Assembly: GCA_964016885.1 (NCBI GenBank)
Contig: OZ024740.1
Coordinates: 142,910,001-142,974,000 of the forward strand
Length of the DNA: 64,000 nucleotides
Source: Eledone cirrhosa
Taxonomy: Eukaryota
Reading direction: 5' to 3'
Under the pieces are notes generated by a model, which saw nothing but the letters and a program-made list of their open reading frames with translations, did no database searches and was not told the DNA's origin. This document shows positions 1 to 11,098 of this stretch, in pieces. Position 1 is the stretch's first letter; each line of letters opens with the position of its first letter. The translations under genes were made by a program, and so were the position numbers.

Positions 1-1244
1 CGACTCGGCTACCGTACTCGGATGGGTAAGATCAGTGCTCACCAGTGAGAAGAGAGTGCGAACGAGAGGCGCGGCGGAGATGCTGATAAAGCGCCGCCTG
101 GGAACGTTGGGAGAGCTGGCCACCGAGTTCGACCTGAAGCTGAGCGTAGTGTTCGTGCCCTCAGAGAAAAATAGGGCGGACATCTTAACCAGAGTGAAGA
201 AAGCCTGGATGGAAGCGCCGGAGGAGGTAGAGGATGAGATAGCTGCCGTGTGTCGGCTGACCGAGTCAGACCTGAAGGGGTTGCATGACATGCACCACAT
301 GGGGGTGGATAGGAGCCTGTTCCTAGCCAGGAGAATCGACTCGGACGTTAGCAGACACAGTGTTCGGGGGAGGGGGGGTTAGAGGCTGCGTCCGATGTCA
401 GTCCATTGATCCCGCCCCGGGTGTACACGAAACGGGAAGCCTCCCGGTGGATCGCGACTGGAAGCGATTAGCGGTGGATGTGACGCACTACCGGCAGGGA
501 ACGTACCTCTCGATGGTCGACTGTGGACCAGGTCGAATGGCGATATGGAGGGAGATGAAGACTGGAACGGCCGAGGAAATCGTGCGGACGTTGAGAGAGG
601 TGTTCTTGGAGCGGGGCCCTGTGGATGAACTGCTGATGGACAACAGCGCAGCGTTCCGCTCGGAGGCACTGAGGGAGATGCTCGATGGATGGAAGGTGGA
701 CCGTTTCTTCAGAGCGGCGCACAGGCCGAGCGTGAATGGAATCGTGGAGCGACACCACCGGACGATCAAGGCAATGGCGGAGCGGGGCCATATCTCACCA
801 ATGGAGGCAGTGTTCTGGTACAATATGTCCCCTCGGGTTGGACAGGTCGAGGAATCGGTGCCACACAGAGCAGTATTCAAATACGAGTGGCGGCACCCGT
901 GCACGCCACCACAACGGCCAGTGGGGAGAGAGAGTGCATTCGTGCAGGTGGGCGAAGAAGTCTGGGTTAAGCCCCCAGATGCACGGTGCACATCTCAATG
1001 GGGAAGGGGAACGGTGACGGCCGTAAATTCCCAGAACAATGTGTCCGTGGACGGGGTACCACGTCATGTCCTGGATGTAAGAAGAATCACTGTGTCAACG
1101 GACTCCGAGGAAGAGGAAACCCAAGATGAGGTGGAAACCCAGAGCCCTGCCCAAATACTACGAAGATCGCAACGAAGTCGTAGACCACCGACCTGGACGG
1201 CAGACATTCATATGCAGAGGGACGAGGGGGAAATTGATCCTTGA
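1..1244 (+). mobile_element. Gypsy/Ty3 LTR retrotransposon pol 3' part (end of RNase H plus integrase), frameshifted in a G-run at ~365-378
   Basis: RNase H tail (FVPSEKNRADILTR); HHCC zinc motif LHDMHHMG..CVRC split across the frameshift; D,D35E core AVDVTH / LMDNS / NGIVERHH. Confidence 0.9.
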
Positions 1245-1257
1245 GATCAGGGGGGCG

Positions 1258-1544
1258 TGTGGGTATGGTGTGGCGTGCGGTGGCCGGGGGCGGGGGGGGG
1301 GGGGGGGTGCTCGACCGGAAGGGGTTTTTGAGTGCTCGACCGGAAGGGGCCTTTGACCGGAAGGATGCTCGACCGGAAGGGCCAGGAGAGGGCCTCTCTC
1401 TATTGGTGACCAGCATACGGTGATGACGCGTTTTGGGCAGCTCTTGGTGTTAAGCAGTCGGACGCACGTGGAAGAGGAGTACCTGTAGCGGAATTTAGCG
1501 GCGCCTGTGAAAAGCGGTAAGTGAGATAGCTTTTTCTAACCACA
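1258..1544 (+). repeat. 3' LTR of the Gypsy element, preceded by a polypurine tract (~1243-1257)
   Basis: Inverted termini TGTGG...CCACA directly after gagatcagggggg; 4 internal (gctc)gaccggaagg repeats; (TA)n follows. Confidence 0.75.
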
Positions 1545-1743
1545 GTATATATATGTATATATATATATATGTATACACAGTTCAAGAGTAACCAATCTTA
1601 AAGAGAGAGATGGTGATATGAGAGGAGAGATTGGTGAGTTAGTTAGAAGCTAAAGCGTAAAGGCATGTGCTCAATGTGCAATATGCAGTAGAAAGCAGCT
1701 AGGTGGGTGGGTTCATGCAGAAGTTAGCTGCGCAGAGCTGAAA

Positions 1744-1897
1744 ATATTCATTAGTTAAGCAAAACAAGACCACAAACTTCACAAGGAAGACATTATTAAA
1801 AGATTGTCAACATATTCAAACTAAAATATGTTGACAATCTTTTAATAATGTCTTCCTTGTGAAGTTTGTGGTCTTGTTTTGCTTAACTAATGAATAT
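1744..1897. repeat. Perfect inverted repeat (73-bp arms, 8-bp spacer) running into (TA)n
   Basis: 1744-1816 is the reverse complement of 1825-1897. Confidence 0.9.
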
Positions 1898-1898
1898 A

Positions 1899-1930
<32 letters not shown>

Positions 1931-1950
1931 CATATATATATATATTCATA

Positions 1951-2104
<154 letters not shown>

Positions 2105-2183
2105 TCCACTTCTACGAAATGTAATGTAAAAATAACATTTTCTTCTTGTCTCCCCACTCTTCGGTTCATTCATCCATATATCT

Positions 2184-5100
2184 TTGTTTCGGCTGCGGAT
2201 GGCCAACATAACCCCAACCCCATCCCCCTCACCCCTCCCTGCGCCCCACCCACCAAACGCAATCCAAAACTTCAGAGTTGGTACCATGAATGTAGGCACC
2301 TTAAAAGGTCGCTCTAACGAGGTTGTAGAAATGCTTGATCGCCAGGAGGTTGATGTTTGCTGTATCCAAGAGACCAGCTGGAGGGGCGGGTCTGCTAGAT
2401 TCATTGTGGGTAAAAAACGATGCTATAAGCTTTACTGGGTGGGAAATGACAATGGCCTGGGTGGGGTAGGAATCATGTTAGCAGAAAAATGGGTGGATAA
2501 GATAATAGACGTAAATAGAGTGAATGACAGAATAATTAAAATAAGACTTGTTCTAAATAGAACTGCTGTGACTAATATCTTCGTACGCACCCCAATCCGG
2601 ACTGCCTGGCACTATAAAAGACAGATTCTATGAGACACTGATGCTCACTACCTACCAGATAACCGACAGTGACTATATAATTATAGCTGGCGATCTAAAT
2701 GGTCACGTTGGACAACATTGTGACGGCTATGGCGGAATCCACGGAGGCTATGGGTTTGGTACTGGAAATGAGGAAGGCTCCAGAATCCTGGAATTCTGTG
2801 ACGCAAATAACCTAACTATCTGTAATACTAACTTCAAAAAACGAGACAATCACTTGATCACCTACAGATCAGGGGAACACACCAGCCAGGTAGATTATAT
2901 CCTTACCAGAAGACGTGACAGAGTGTCTGTTGTAAACACTAAACCCCGCCCCCATGAAGAATGCACTTCCCAACATAGACTGATAATTAGCGACCTCATA
3001 GTCAGGACGAGACGTACTCGACAACAGAAGAGGACTATCCTCAGGAGAAAAATATAGAAGTTAAAGGACCACACAGCCAGAAATAAATTTAAAAGCATAT
3101 TACTTGATGCTTTCGACAGTAAGGAAAAGCATTTAGAGTCGTACAATATAGAAGATCAGTGGGAATTCCTCAAAGCAAACCTGCTGATGGCGGCAGACGC
3201 AGTCTGTGGCTGGAGCAGGCCTATAGGCAGGAGGAGAGTAACATGGTGGTGGAACAGTAAGGTGGAGGAGTCAATTAAGGCCAAAAAGCAGGCTTGGAAA
3301 GTATGGCGAGATGGGGGAAGTAGAGAAAACTATCAAGTGGCCAGGAGGGAAGCTAGGAGACAAGTGTACTTCGCAAGAAGGGAAGCAGAGGAAAGAAAGT
3401 TCAAGCATGTTCTACAACGCGAGGACCAAAAACGTGAGGTGTTCAGGATTGCTAGGCAATGTGTCAAGGAAAACCGTGATATTGTCGGGGAGAAGTGTGT
3501 CCTTAATGATGATGGTGTACTTGCCATCACTAACGCTGATAAGAAGGTAGCTTGGAAGTGTCACTACGAAAGGCTACTAAATGAGGAGAATAATTGGGAG
3601 AAAGACAGTCTCCCCCACATCGACCCAATAGAGGGACCAGCAGTGTTAGTCGAAGGTAGTATAATAAGTAAGGCAATCAAAGATATGAAGACGGGTAAGG
3701 CGGCTGGGCCTTCGGAAATAGTTGCTGAAATGCTGAAAGCTTCTGGAACGGTGGGACACACCATGGTCACCCGGATAGTAAACCAAGTCATACAGAATGG
3801 AGTTGTTCCGAAGGACTGGCGTAGCAGCAGCATCATTAACTGCTACAAGGGTAAAGGAGATTCCCTAGATAGGAGTAACTATAGAGGCATTAAATTAATC
3901 GATCAGGTCATGAAGGTCACAGAAAAAGTAATAGCGCAACTAATCAGAGAGAGAATTGATCTAGATGAAATGCAGTTCGGGTTTGTGTCGGGTAAAAGTA
4001 CCACAGACGCTCTTTTCATTGTACGACAACTACAGGAGAAGTACCTAGCTAAAAGTAAACCCCTATACTTAGCTTTTGTCGACTTGGAGAAAGCCTTCGA
4101 CAGAGTCCCCCATTCCATTATCTGGTGGGCTCTTAGAAAACTAGGTGTTGATGAATGGCTTGTGAGAGCTATACAAGCCATGTATAAAGAAACAGTCAGC
4201 AAGGTTAGAATTAACAACAAATATAGTGAAGAGTTTAGCGTAAAAGTTGGTGTTCATCAGGGTTCCGTTCTTAGCCCCCTACTATTTATTATTGCCCTTC
4301 AGGCTATAACAGAGGAGTTCAAGACCGGCTGCCGATGGGAACTACTATACGCAGATGATCTAACGCTCATAGCTGAATCAATGGCCGAGCTAGAGAAGAA
4401 ATTCCAAACATGGAAGCATGGCCTAGAATCAAAAGGCCTTAAAATTAACCTGTCTAAGACTAAAGTTCTAGTTTGTAGGAAGGAAAATAGGGCACTGGTC
4501 CCATCTGGGAAATGGCCATGCTCAGTGTGTAGGAAAGGAGTAGGCAGAAACTCCATTTTATGTCCCAAATGCAAAGTATGGCTGCATAAAAGATGTAGTG
4601 GGATCACACGTAAGCTAACTAAGAATATAGATTTTATATGTGGCCGGTGCTCTGGTGCAATAAGTAGCAGCAAGTGCCCACAGAATACTAGCTCATTCCA
4701 TTGCACAGATGGTTCTATAGAAATAGTGGACAGCTTCCGTTACCTGGGTGACAAACTCAGCAGTGGGGGAGGGTGCTCTGAAAGTACAGTAGCTAGAGTC
4801 AGAACTGGGTGGAAAAAGTTCAGAGAGCTTATACCACTATTAGCCGCTAAAGGGTTCTCTCTAAAAATGAAAGGCAGGCTGTATGATGCCTGCATACGAA
4901 CAGCAATGTTACATGGCAGTGTGACCTGGACATTGTGTGCAGAGGATATACGCAGACTGGAGAGGAACGAAGCTTGCATGCTCCGCTGGATGTGTAATAG
5001 CAATATACGTCAACGGCAAAGCATAAACGAACTAAGGGAAAAATTAGAAATAAGAGGGATCAGATGTTGTTTACTCGAGAGAAGACTACGTTGGTATGGT

Positions 5101-5690
5101 CACGTGATGCGCATGAAAGACGACAGCTGTATAAAAAAGTGCAGGGCAATAAAAATACACGGTAGCCACGGAGTAGGCAGACCCAGAAAAACCTGGGACG
5201 ACTTGATAAATTCCGACCTCACACACTTACACCTCTCCAAGACAATGTCACTGGACCGAGATCTTTGGCGCTACACAGTAATAGAGAAGACCCGCCTTAC
5301 CTAAGTACAAAGTGAAACCTACTACAGTCAGTAGGCACCTGTAACAAAATACACCCCCGTCCCACTACCCCCACCCCATCCACACCACCCCTTTCAATGT
5401 AAAGTTATGTTGGTACCACAACATCCAGCCCGAAACAAATGAGGTCGTGTAGGTGTCACGACAAAAAAACACACAGTCCACGCTGTAATGTGGCCGTGTA
5501 GGTAACACGGTAAAAACCTCCCAGTTCGACACTGTAAATGTGGTTGGTGTTAGGAAGGGCATCCAGCCGTAGAAAACCCGCCAGACAGTCCTATGCGAGC
5601 AAGACAACCACTCGTGCCTCAAGTGGGAAAACTCCCGTCCAAACCCATGCAAGCGTGGAATATGGACGTTAAACGATGATGATGATGATG
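2184..5690 (+). mobile_element. Near full-length RTE-clade LINE (APE + RT with PHD insertion), ending in a (GAT)n tail
   Basis: APE motifs [27 protein letters not shown]; frameshift at ~2571 and stop at 3055; RT QGSVLSP and LLYADD; 3' end GACGTTAAAC(GAT)n; flanked by (TA)n. Confidence 0.92.
3187..5304 (+). CDS. RTE reverse transcriptase (705-aa open segment) containing a C4HC3 PHD finger
   Basis: FVDLEKAFD, QGSVLSP, YADD; CSVC..CPKC..H..C..CGRC; FRYLG; RRLRWYGH; GRPRKTW. Confidence 0.88.
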   Translation: MAADAVCGWSRPIGRRRVTWWWNSKVEESIKAKKQAWKVWRDGGSRENYQVARREARRQVYFARREAEERKFKHVLQREDQKREVFRIARQCVKENRDIVGEKCVLNDDGVLAITNADKKVAWKCHYERLLNEENNWEKDSLPHIDPIEGPAVLVEGSIISKAIKDMKTGKAAGPSEIVAEMLKASGTVGHTMVTRIVNQVIQNGVVPKDWRSSSIINCYKGKGDSLDRSNYRGIKLIDQVMKVTEKVIAQLIRERIDLDEMQFGFVSGKSTTDALFIVRQLQEKYLAKSKPLYLAFVDLEKAFDRVPHSIIWWALRKLGVDEWLVRAIQAMYKETVSKVRINNKYSEEFSVKVGVHQGSVLSPLLFIIALQAITEEFKTGCRWELLYADDLTLIAESMAELEKKFQTWKHGLESKGLKINLSKTKVLVCRKENRALVPSGKWPCSVCRKGVGRNSILCPKCKVWLHKRCSGITRKLTKNIDFICGRCSGAISSSKCPQNTSSFHCTDGSIEIVDSFRYLGDKLSSGGGCSESTVARVRTGWKKFRELIPLLAAKGFSLKMKGRLYDACIRTAMLHGSVTWTLCAEDIRRLERNEACMLRWMCNSNIRQRQSINELREKLEIRGIRCCLLERRLRWYGHVMRMKDDSCIKKCRAIKIHGSHGVGRPRKTWDDLINSDLTHLHLSKTMSLDRDLWRYTVIEKTRLT

Positions 5691-5725
<35 letters not shown>

Positions 5726-5875
5726 TAATAAGGGTTGACAGACCCACCATATTTATCAATGCCAGTACCAGTTGTATCTCAGCGCACTCCATGGGCAATG
5801 TAAGATACATTCCCAGAGTATACAGAAAGTTATTTGCTTTAGCACAACACACGTAAAACGGGTGCCTCTAAGGTT

Positions 5876-5985
5876 CTCGGACTCGAGTTTCTGCCGCAAT
5901 AATGCAACAGTAAGGTGCACTGAACCATCTGTCTGCATATATTATGCAACAATGCACAATCAGCTTATGCGGCTTCATCACCGGG
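5876..5985 (-). ncRNA. Degenerate type I hammerhead ribozyme (C3G) with a long stem II, in an ORF-less ~300-bp insert between (TA)n tracts
   Basis: Minus strand: cccg GTGATGA a-gccgca...tgcggc-a GAAA CTCGAG TC cgag; stem III is palindromic. Confidence 0.55.
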
Positions 5986-6024
5986 TATCGGCTAATCAAT
6001 AACCAATCGATCGACAGAATCCTA

Positions 6025-6076
<52 letters not shown>

Positions 6077-6114
6077 ATGTATATATATGTATGTATATAT
6101 ATATATATATATTA

Positions 6115-7141
6115 GAATATAAATATTAATAAAATAGATGTTCTTTTGATCAATTACATTTTATTATACATATTTCGGATGTACAACAGTACGTCCTCAT
6201 CAGACAAAATATATGATATATGACATACCCTGAGATGTTAAATGGTTAAGATTTAATCAAGGTAGTGATTAACCTAAGAGAAAATTTAACATTTATACCC
6301 TAATAATGAGAAAATGCGAAAACGTAATAAATTCAATAGAGAATGTGTGAGTAAGAAAAACGTTGCTTAATGTACCAATTATCGAGATTTTAATATGTAT
6401 GATACTACAATTTATCTAGGAAAGCATTTCATGAATTATAACAGTCAGTGAGAGGAGGGGGGTAATGTATGCAAAAGGAGATTTTTTTCCGAAAGTTAAA
6501 CGGTTAAGTTTGAAAATATTTAATTTATGTTATCTTAGGGTGAAGAATCAATATTTTAGGGGTTTTTTTTAAAATTGGTGGTTATTTATATATTAGTTTT
6601 GTAAATGTTATAAGTGTGTTAACAGTTCTAAACTTCTGAATGTTTTGATGATAAGATTTAAAGGGTTTAGCTGGCCATTATTAAGGAAAGTTTACACTGT
6701 TGAATATTTTCCTAAATGTAATCTTTAATGAAGTTAGTTATTGTCAACGTATTAGGTATATAAAGCTTTTGAAGTACTTATTGTTATAAAATTTAAATAG
6801 CGGTTATGTATATATATATATATATATATATTAATTAATTAATGAGCCAGTATATTTTAGGTAAATGATAATGAAAATAAAATAAAAATAAAATAAAATA
6901 ATAGGTTGAGGCATGTTAAAACTAAATATATATCCATATATAACCGTGTGTACATGTATTAATTATTCCTAGCTCAAAGTAAAAATAATCAAAAAATTTA
7001 GAAGTTAACTGAAAATTATGTATATAAAGATACTTGGCAGTTATATATGGATATATTTTATATTATGTATTAGTGATACAGTATACTTTAGGTAAATGAT
7101 AATGGTTATAATTTTATATAATAAAGTTCTACGTGTTAAAG

Positions 7142-7224
<83 letters not shown>

Positions 7225-7890
7225 AAAAACAATAATAAATGCATGGATAATTCATAGTTCGAAATAATGTTTATAATAATTTGTAATTTGGATATTTGCT
7301 CTATATTTGAATCATGCGGTAGGTATATTTAAAAACATAGAAAATATAATTACATACACATTATAAATAAGAGATCATAAACGCTTATAAACATACTGAT
7401 ATAACCACGGATGAAATAGATATAATACTAACAGCCAGAAGAACTCTTATTAACTTCAACAACGAATATTGGACCCGCTCAGATAGAGATAAAATCTTTG
7501 ATATCACTATGGGGGCATCCGATTCCGCGCAAATCACAGATCTTCTGGGAATTTTCATATTAAACATGATAAATAGAAAACTGCCGGTGATTACCGGGGG
7601 TTTATATAGGGACGACATTTTATTTACGGTGGTCAAACACAACAATATAGAACTAAATAGAGTAAAGAAAAGTATAATAGAATTCTTTAAAATGTACAAC
7701 CTTAAATTAGAAGTAGAAAATGGTACCAAAATAGTTAATTTCCTAGACGTTACCTTTAACTTAAACACTGGCTTCTACTACCCCTTCATAAGCTCAACGA
7801 AAACTTAAACTATGTTAGTAACCATTCCAATCACTGTAAATCTGTAAAAAAAAAAAGCTATAGTAAATAGTGTGCAAAAACTATAGTTAA
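6115..7890 (+). mobile_element. Truncated PLE: inverted pseudo-LTR/3'UTR (from ~6115) followed by an RT fragment (7385-7890)
   Basis: ITMGASDSAQITDLLG and GLYRDD, very similar to 16196-17098; 6115-6300 is homologous to the inverted pLTR at 15330-15550. Confidence 0.75.
6158..6210 (-). ncRNA. Minimal type I hammerhead ribozyme in a PLE pseudo-LTR
   Basis: attttgt CTGATGA ggacgtac-tgtt-gtacatcc GAAA tatgta TA ataaaat; stems I and II pair, with one mismatch in stem II. Confidence 0.75.
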
Positions 7891-8653
7891 TACACTTTGT
7901 GCTTTAAAAATTTCTCTTGGAGGATGCGCATCACCATAGAAATTAGGGTCTATATTGGGACACATTTTAATAGCTAGGTATAGAAACCCCAGAGTTACCT
8001 CCCCGCATGCATTAACTCCCCTTAGCCACACACACTTCCGGGCGGTATTCAATGGCGTTTCTCGAAACGTAACAGCCTCCTGTATTGAACTAAAGAACAC
8101 CAGACTACGATCTCTAACTGGATTGTCGTGGATTATGTGAAGGGCATATAATCGAAAAATACACTCCCCGGACCATGAAAATGCCGAAGTACATGAAATA
8201 CTTGACTTCCCTGCGCTGTGCATCTCCAATACTTTTAACACTTTTAATGCTTGCACTATTTTTAATGCTTATAATATTTCTCCACACACAGACTATATCA
8301 ATCATATAAAGAATTTGCCACCAGATCTACCAACCTAACACTCTTGTTTACCTACCTAAGTGCCTCTACCACACATATCTCTCTGCCACACTATATAAAC
8401 AAGACGCACATGCGTGCCACACATATAACATTTCCACTATATAACCGCTTATCTTCATGTTGTATTTTAACCTGTATTTTTGATTTTTGATTGTACCTCT
8501 TAATATAAATGTAATCTCGAAGTGTGTACTGCCACTCTAAATTCTGTAATGAATGTTGACCCACAATGTTTGAATATGTATCAATGTTTGAATATGTATC
8601 GGTATGTCTCTCGGCTGAAAAGGAGGTCATATAACTGTCCATGCATTAATAAA

Positions 8654-8701
8654 TTGCTCCGAAGCATCCAAACCTCGGTTTGGAGGAAACAGCTGTAAGC
8701 A
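8654..8701 (+). ncRNA. Hammerhead-like motif with variant core (CCGAAGC)
   Basis: tgct CCGAAGC a-tccaaac ctcg gtttgga-g GAAA CAGCTG TA agca; all three stems pair but two core positions deviate. Confidence 0.4.
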
Positions 8702-8732
8702 CAATAATGTTTTGAACAGTTCTTTGATTCTT

Positions 8733-8790
<58 letters not shown>

Positions 8791-8791
8791 T

Positions 8792-8862
<71 letters not shown>

Positions 8863-8995
8863 CATATATATATATATACACATACATATATATATACATA
8901 TATATACATACATATATATATACATATATATATATATACATACATACATATATATATACATATATATATATACATACATACATACATATATATAA

Positions 8996-10035
8996 ATGTC
9001 TGATTTTGAGTTTGTCTCCTGATGAATCCTAACTCAGGAATTCCTATTAATTGGATGTCTAAAAATACGGATGAAACCATGGTAGAGATATAATTACGGT
9101 ATGTACACATTTCTTCTAAGTTTAATTTTACACCTAATTGTGTATGGTTGATGATATATTTAGTCAGTTTCCACATGCTGTCGAAATGTTGGATAAATAT
9201 ACTATATTGGGACCACCGCGAAGAGGCCACTTTCGGTTATTTGTCAAAGATTTCTTCATAAGAGTCTTTCTTCTTATAGCTTGGTCTAATTGATTTTTTA
9301 TATGGTTAATTATGCTAATTGGAAGAAGAAACGGTATATATTTTATCTAATAATTCTAAAGACATGATTTATGATATATTGCTTTGATTATTTAATTTAT
9401 TAATTCTTCATAGAGCTTAAAAGTGACCGGTTGCAACATATATATCTATAACTTTATGTATATGAAAAAATTTATATTTAATAATCTCCCGTTAGGTTGA
9501 GATTAAATTTGGCGATATTTGGCTGCGCTTTCTAGCAACAAGCCTACCCGCCGTAAGCAGCCAATCACATTCTTTCTAGCTTGACCACAGCCACATAGCG
9601 ATTCTTAGCCATTTTTTAATCTAATTTCGGCGCGATCAGGTTGAAAAACTAGATGTCTGATTTTGAGTTTGTCTCCTGATGAATCCTAACTCAGGACATT
9701 CCTATTAATTGGATGTCTAAAAATACGGATGAAACCATGGTAGAGATATAATTACGGTATGTACACATTTCTTCTAAGTTTAATTTTACACCTAATTGTG
9801 TATGGTTGATGATATATTTAGTCAGTTTCCACATGCTGTCGAAATGTTGGATAAATATACTATATTGGGACCACCGCGAAGAGGCCACTTTCGGTTATTT
9901 GTCGAAGATTTCTTCATAAGAGCCTTTCTTCTTATAGCTTGGTCTAATTGATTTTTTATATGGTTAATTATGCTAATTGGAAGAAGAAACGGTATATATT
10001 TTATCTAATAATTCTAAAGACATGATTTATGATAT
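8996..10035. repeat. Partial tandem duplication (~380 bp at 8996-9380 repeated at 9655-10035), flanked by (TA)n
   Basis: Near-identical sequence giving two matching minus-strand ORF starts (MASSRWSQ...). Confidence 0.85.
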
Positions 10036-10114
10036 ATATATACATATATATATATACATACATACATATATATATACATATATATATATACATACATACA
10101 TATATATATACATA

Positions 10115-10146
<32 letters not shown>

Positions 10147-10208
10147 CATATATATATACATATATACATACATACATATATATATACATACATATATATA
10201 CATACACA

Positions 10209-10286
<78 letters not shown>

Positions 10287-10304
10287 TATATGTACATATA
10301 TATG

Positions 10305-10338
<34 letters not shown>

Positions 10339-10402
10339 TATGTACATATATATATATATATATATGTACATATATATATATATGTACATATATATGTATA
10401 TA

Positions 10403-10454
<52 letters not shown>

Positions 10455-10475
10455 TATATATGTACATATATATAC

Positions 10476-10527
<52 letters not shown>

Positions 10528-10528
10528 T

Positions 10529-10560
<32 letters not shown>

Positions 10561-10614
10561 CACATTTATATATATATATATACACATATATATATATATA
10601 TACATATATACATA
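10032..10614. repeat. Long (TA)n/(TACA)n microsatellite; others at 1893-2101, 8740-8994, 33222-33668, 34686-34920
   Basis: Seen directly in the sequence. Confidence 0.97.
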
Positions 10615-10615
10615 T

Positions 10616-11036
10616 CTAAGGCGGGTAAAATTCTCGAGATCCATGGACGAGTTCTCTCCAGCGGTCTCTGTCCCTCATTATCGCTGCCATGTTCTGCATC
10701 TCCAACAGACCAGTGTCTGTCCTTATGGCATCAACATACGTTAACCTTGGTCTTCCTCTTCTAGTGTGTCCATGTAGGGGCTCCCAAAGAAGTACTGAGT
10801 GCAATGTCAACTCTGGATGTCGGTGAGCATGTCCAGCTAACCTCAGTCTCCTCTGTGTCACTTTTGAGCTGACTTTTGGGATGCTCCCATACAGCTCTGA
10901 GTTTTTCATCCTCAGTGTATACTGATTAATGTTCAGAGCCATCCTCAGCATTCTCGTGTAGCACCTATCCACCATCTGAGTGAGTTTCTTGGTCAGTGTC
11001 CAAGTCTCAGACCCATACAGCAGCAAAGACTCCACT

Positions 11037-11043
<7 letters not shown>
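10616..11043 (-). mobile_element. 5'-truncated RTE-like LINE C-terminus (a different family from 2184-5690)
   Basis: LLYGSETWTLT..RRLRLAGH..RGRPR..DRDRWR; flanked by (TA)n on both sides. Confidence 0.8.

Positions 11044-11092
<49 letters not shown>

Positions 11093-11098
<6 letters not shown>

Noticed and set aside
9015-9045. CTGATGA in the duplicated segment (also at 49280)
   Set aside because: No downstream GAAA-stem III-UH.
9977-10764. Many long YIYI / HTYI / MYVC ORFs across the window
   Set aside because: They are translations of stop-free (TA)n and (CATA)n microsatellites, not genes.
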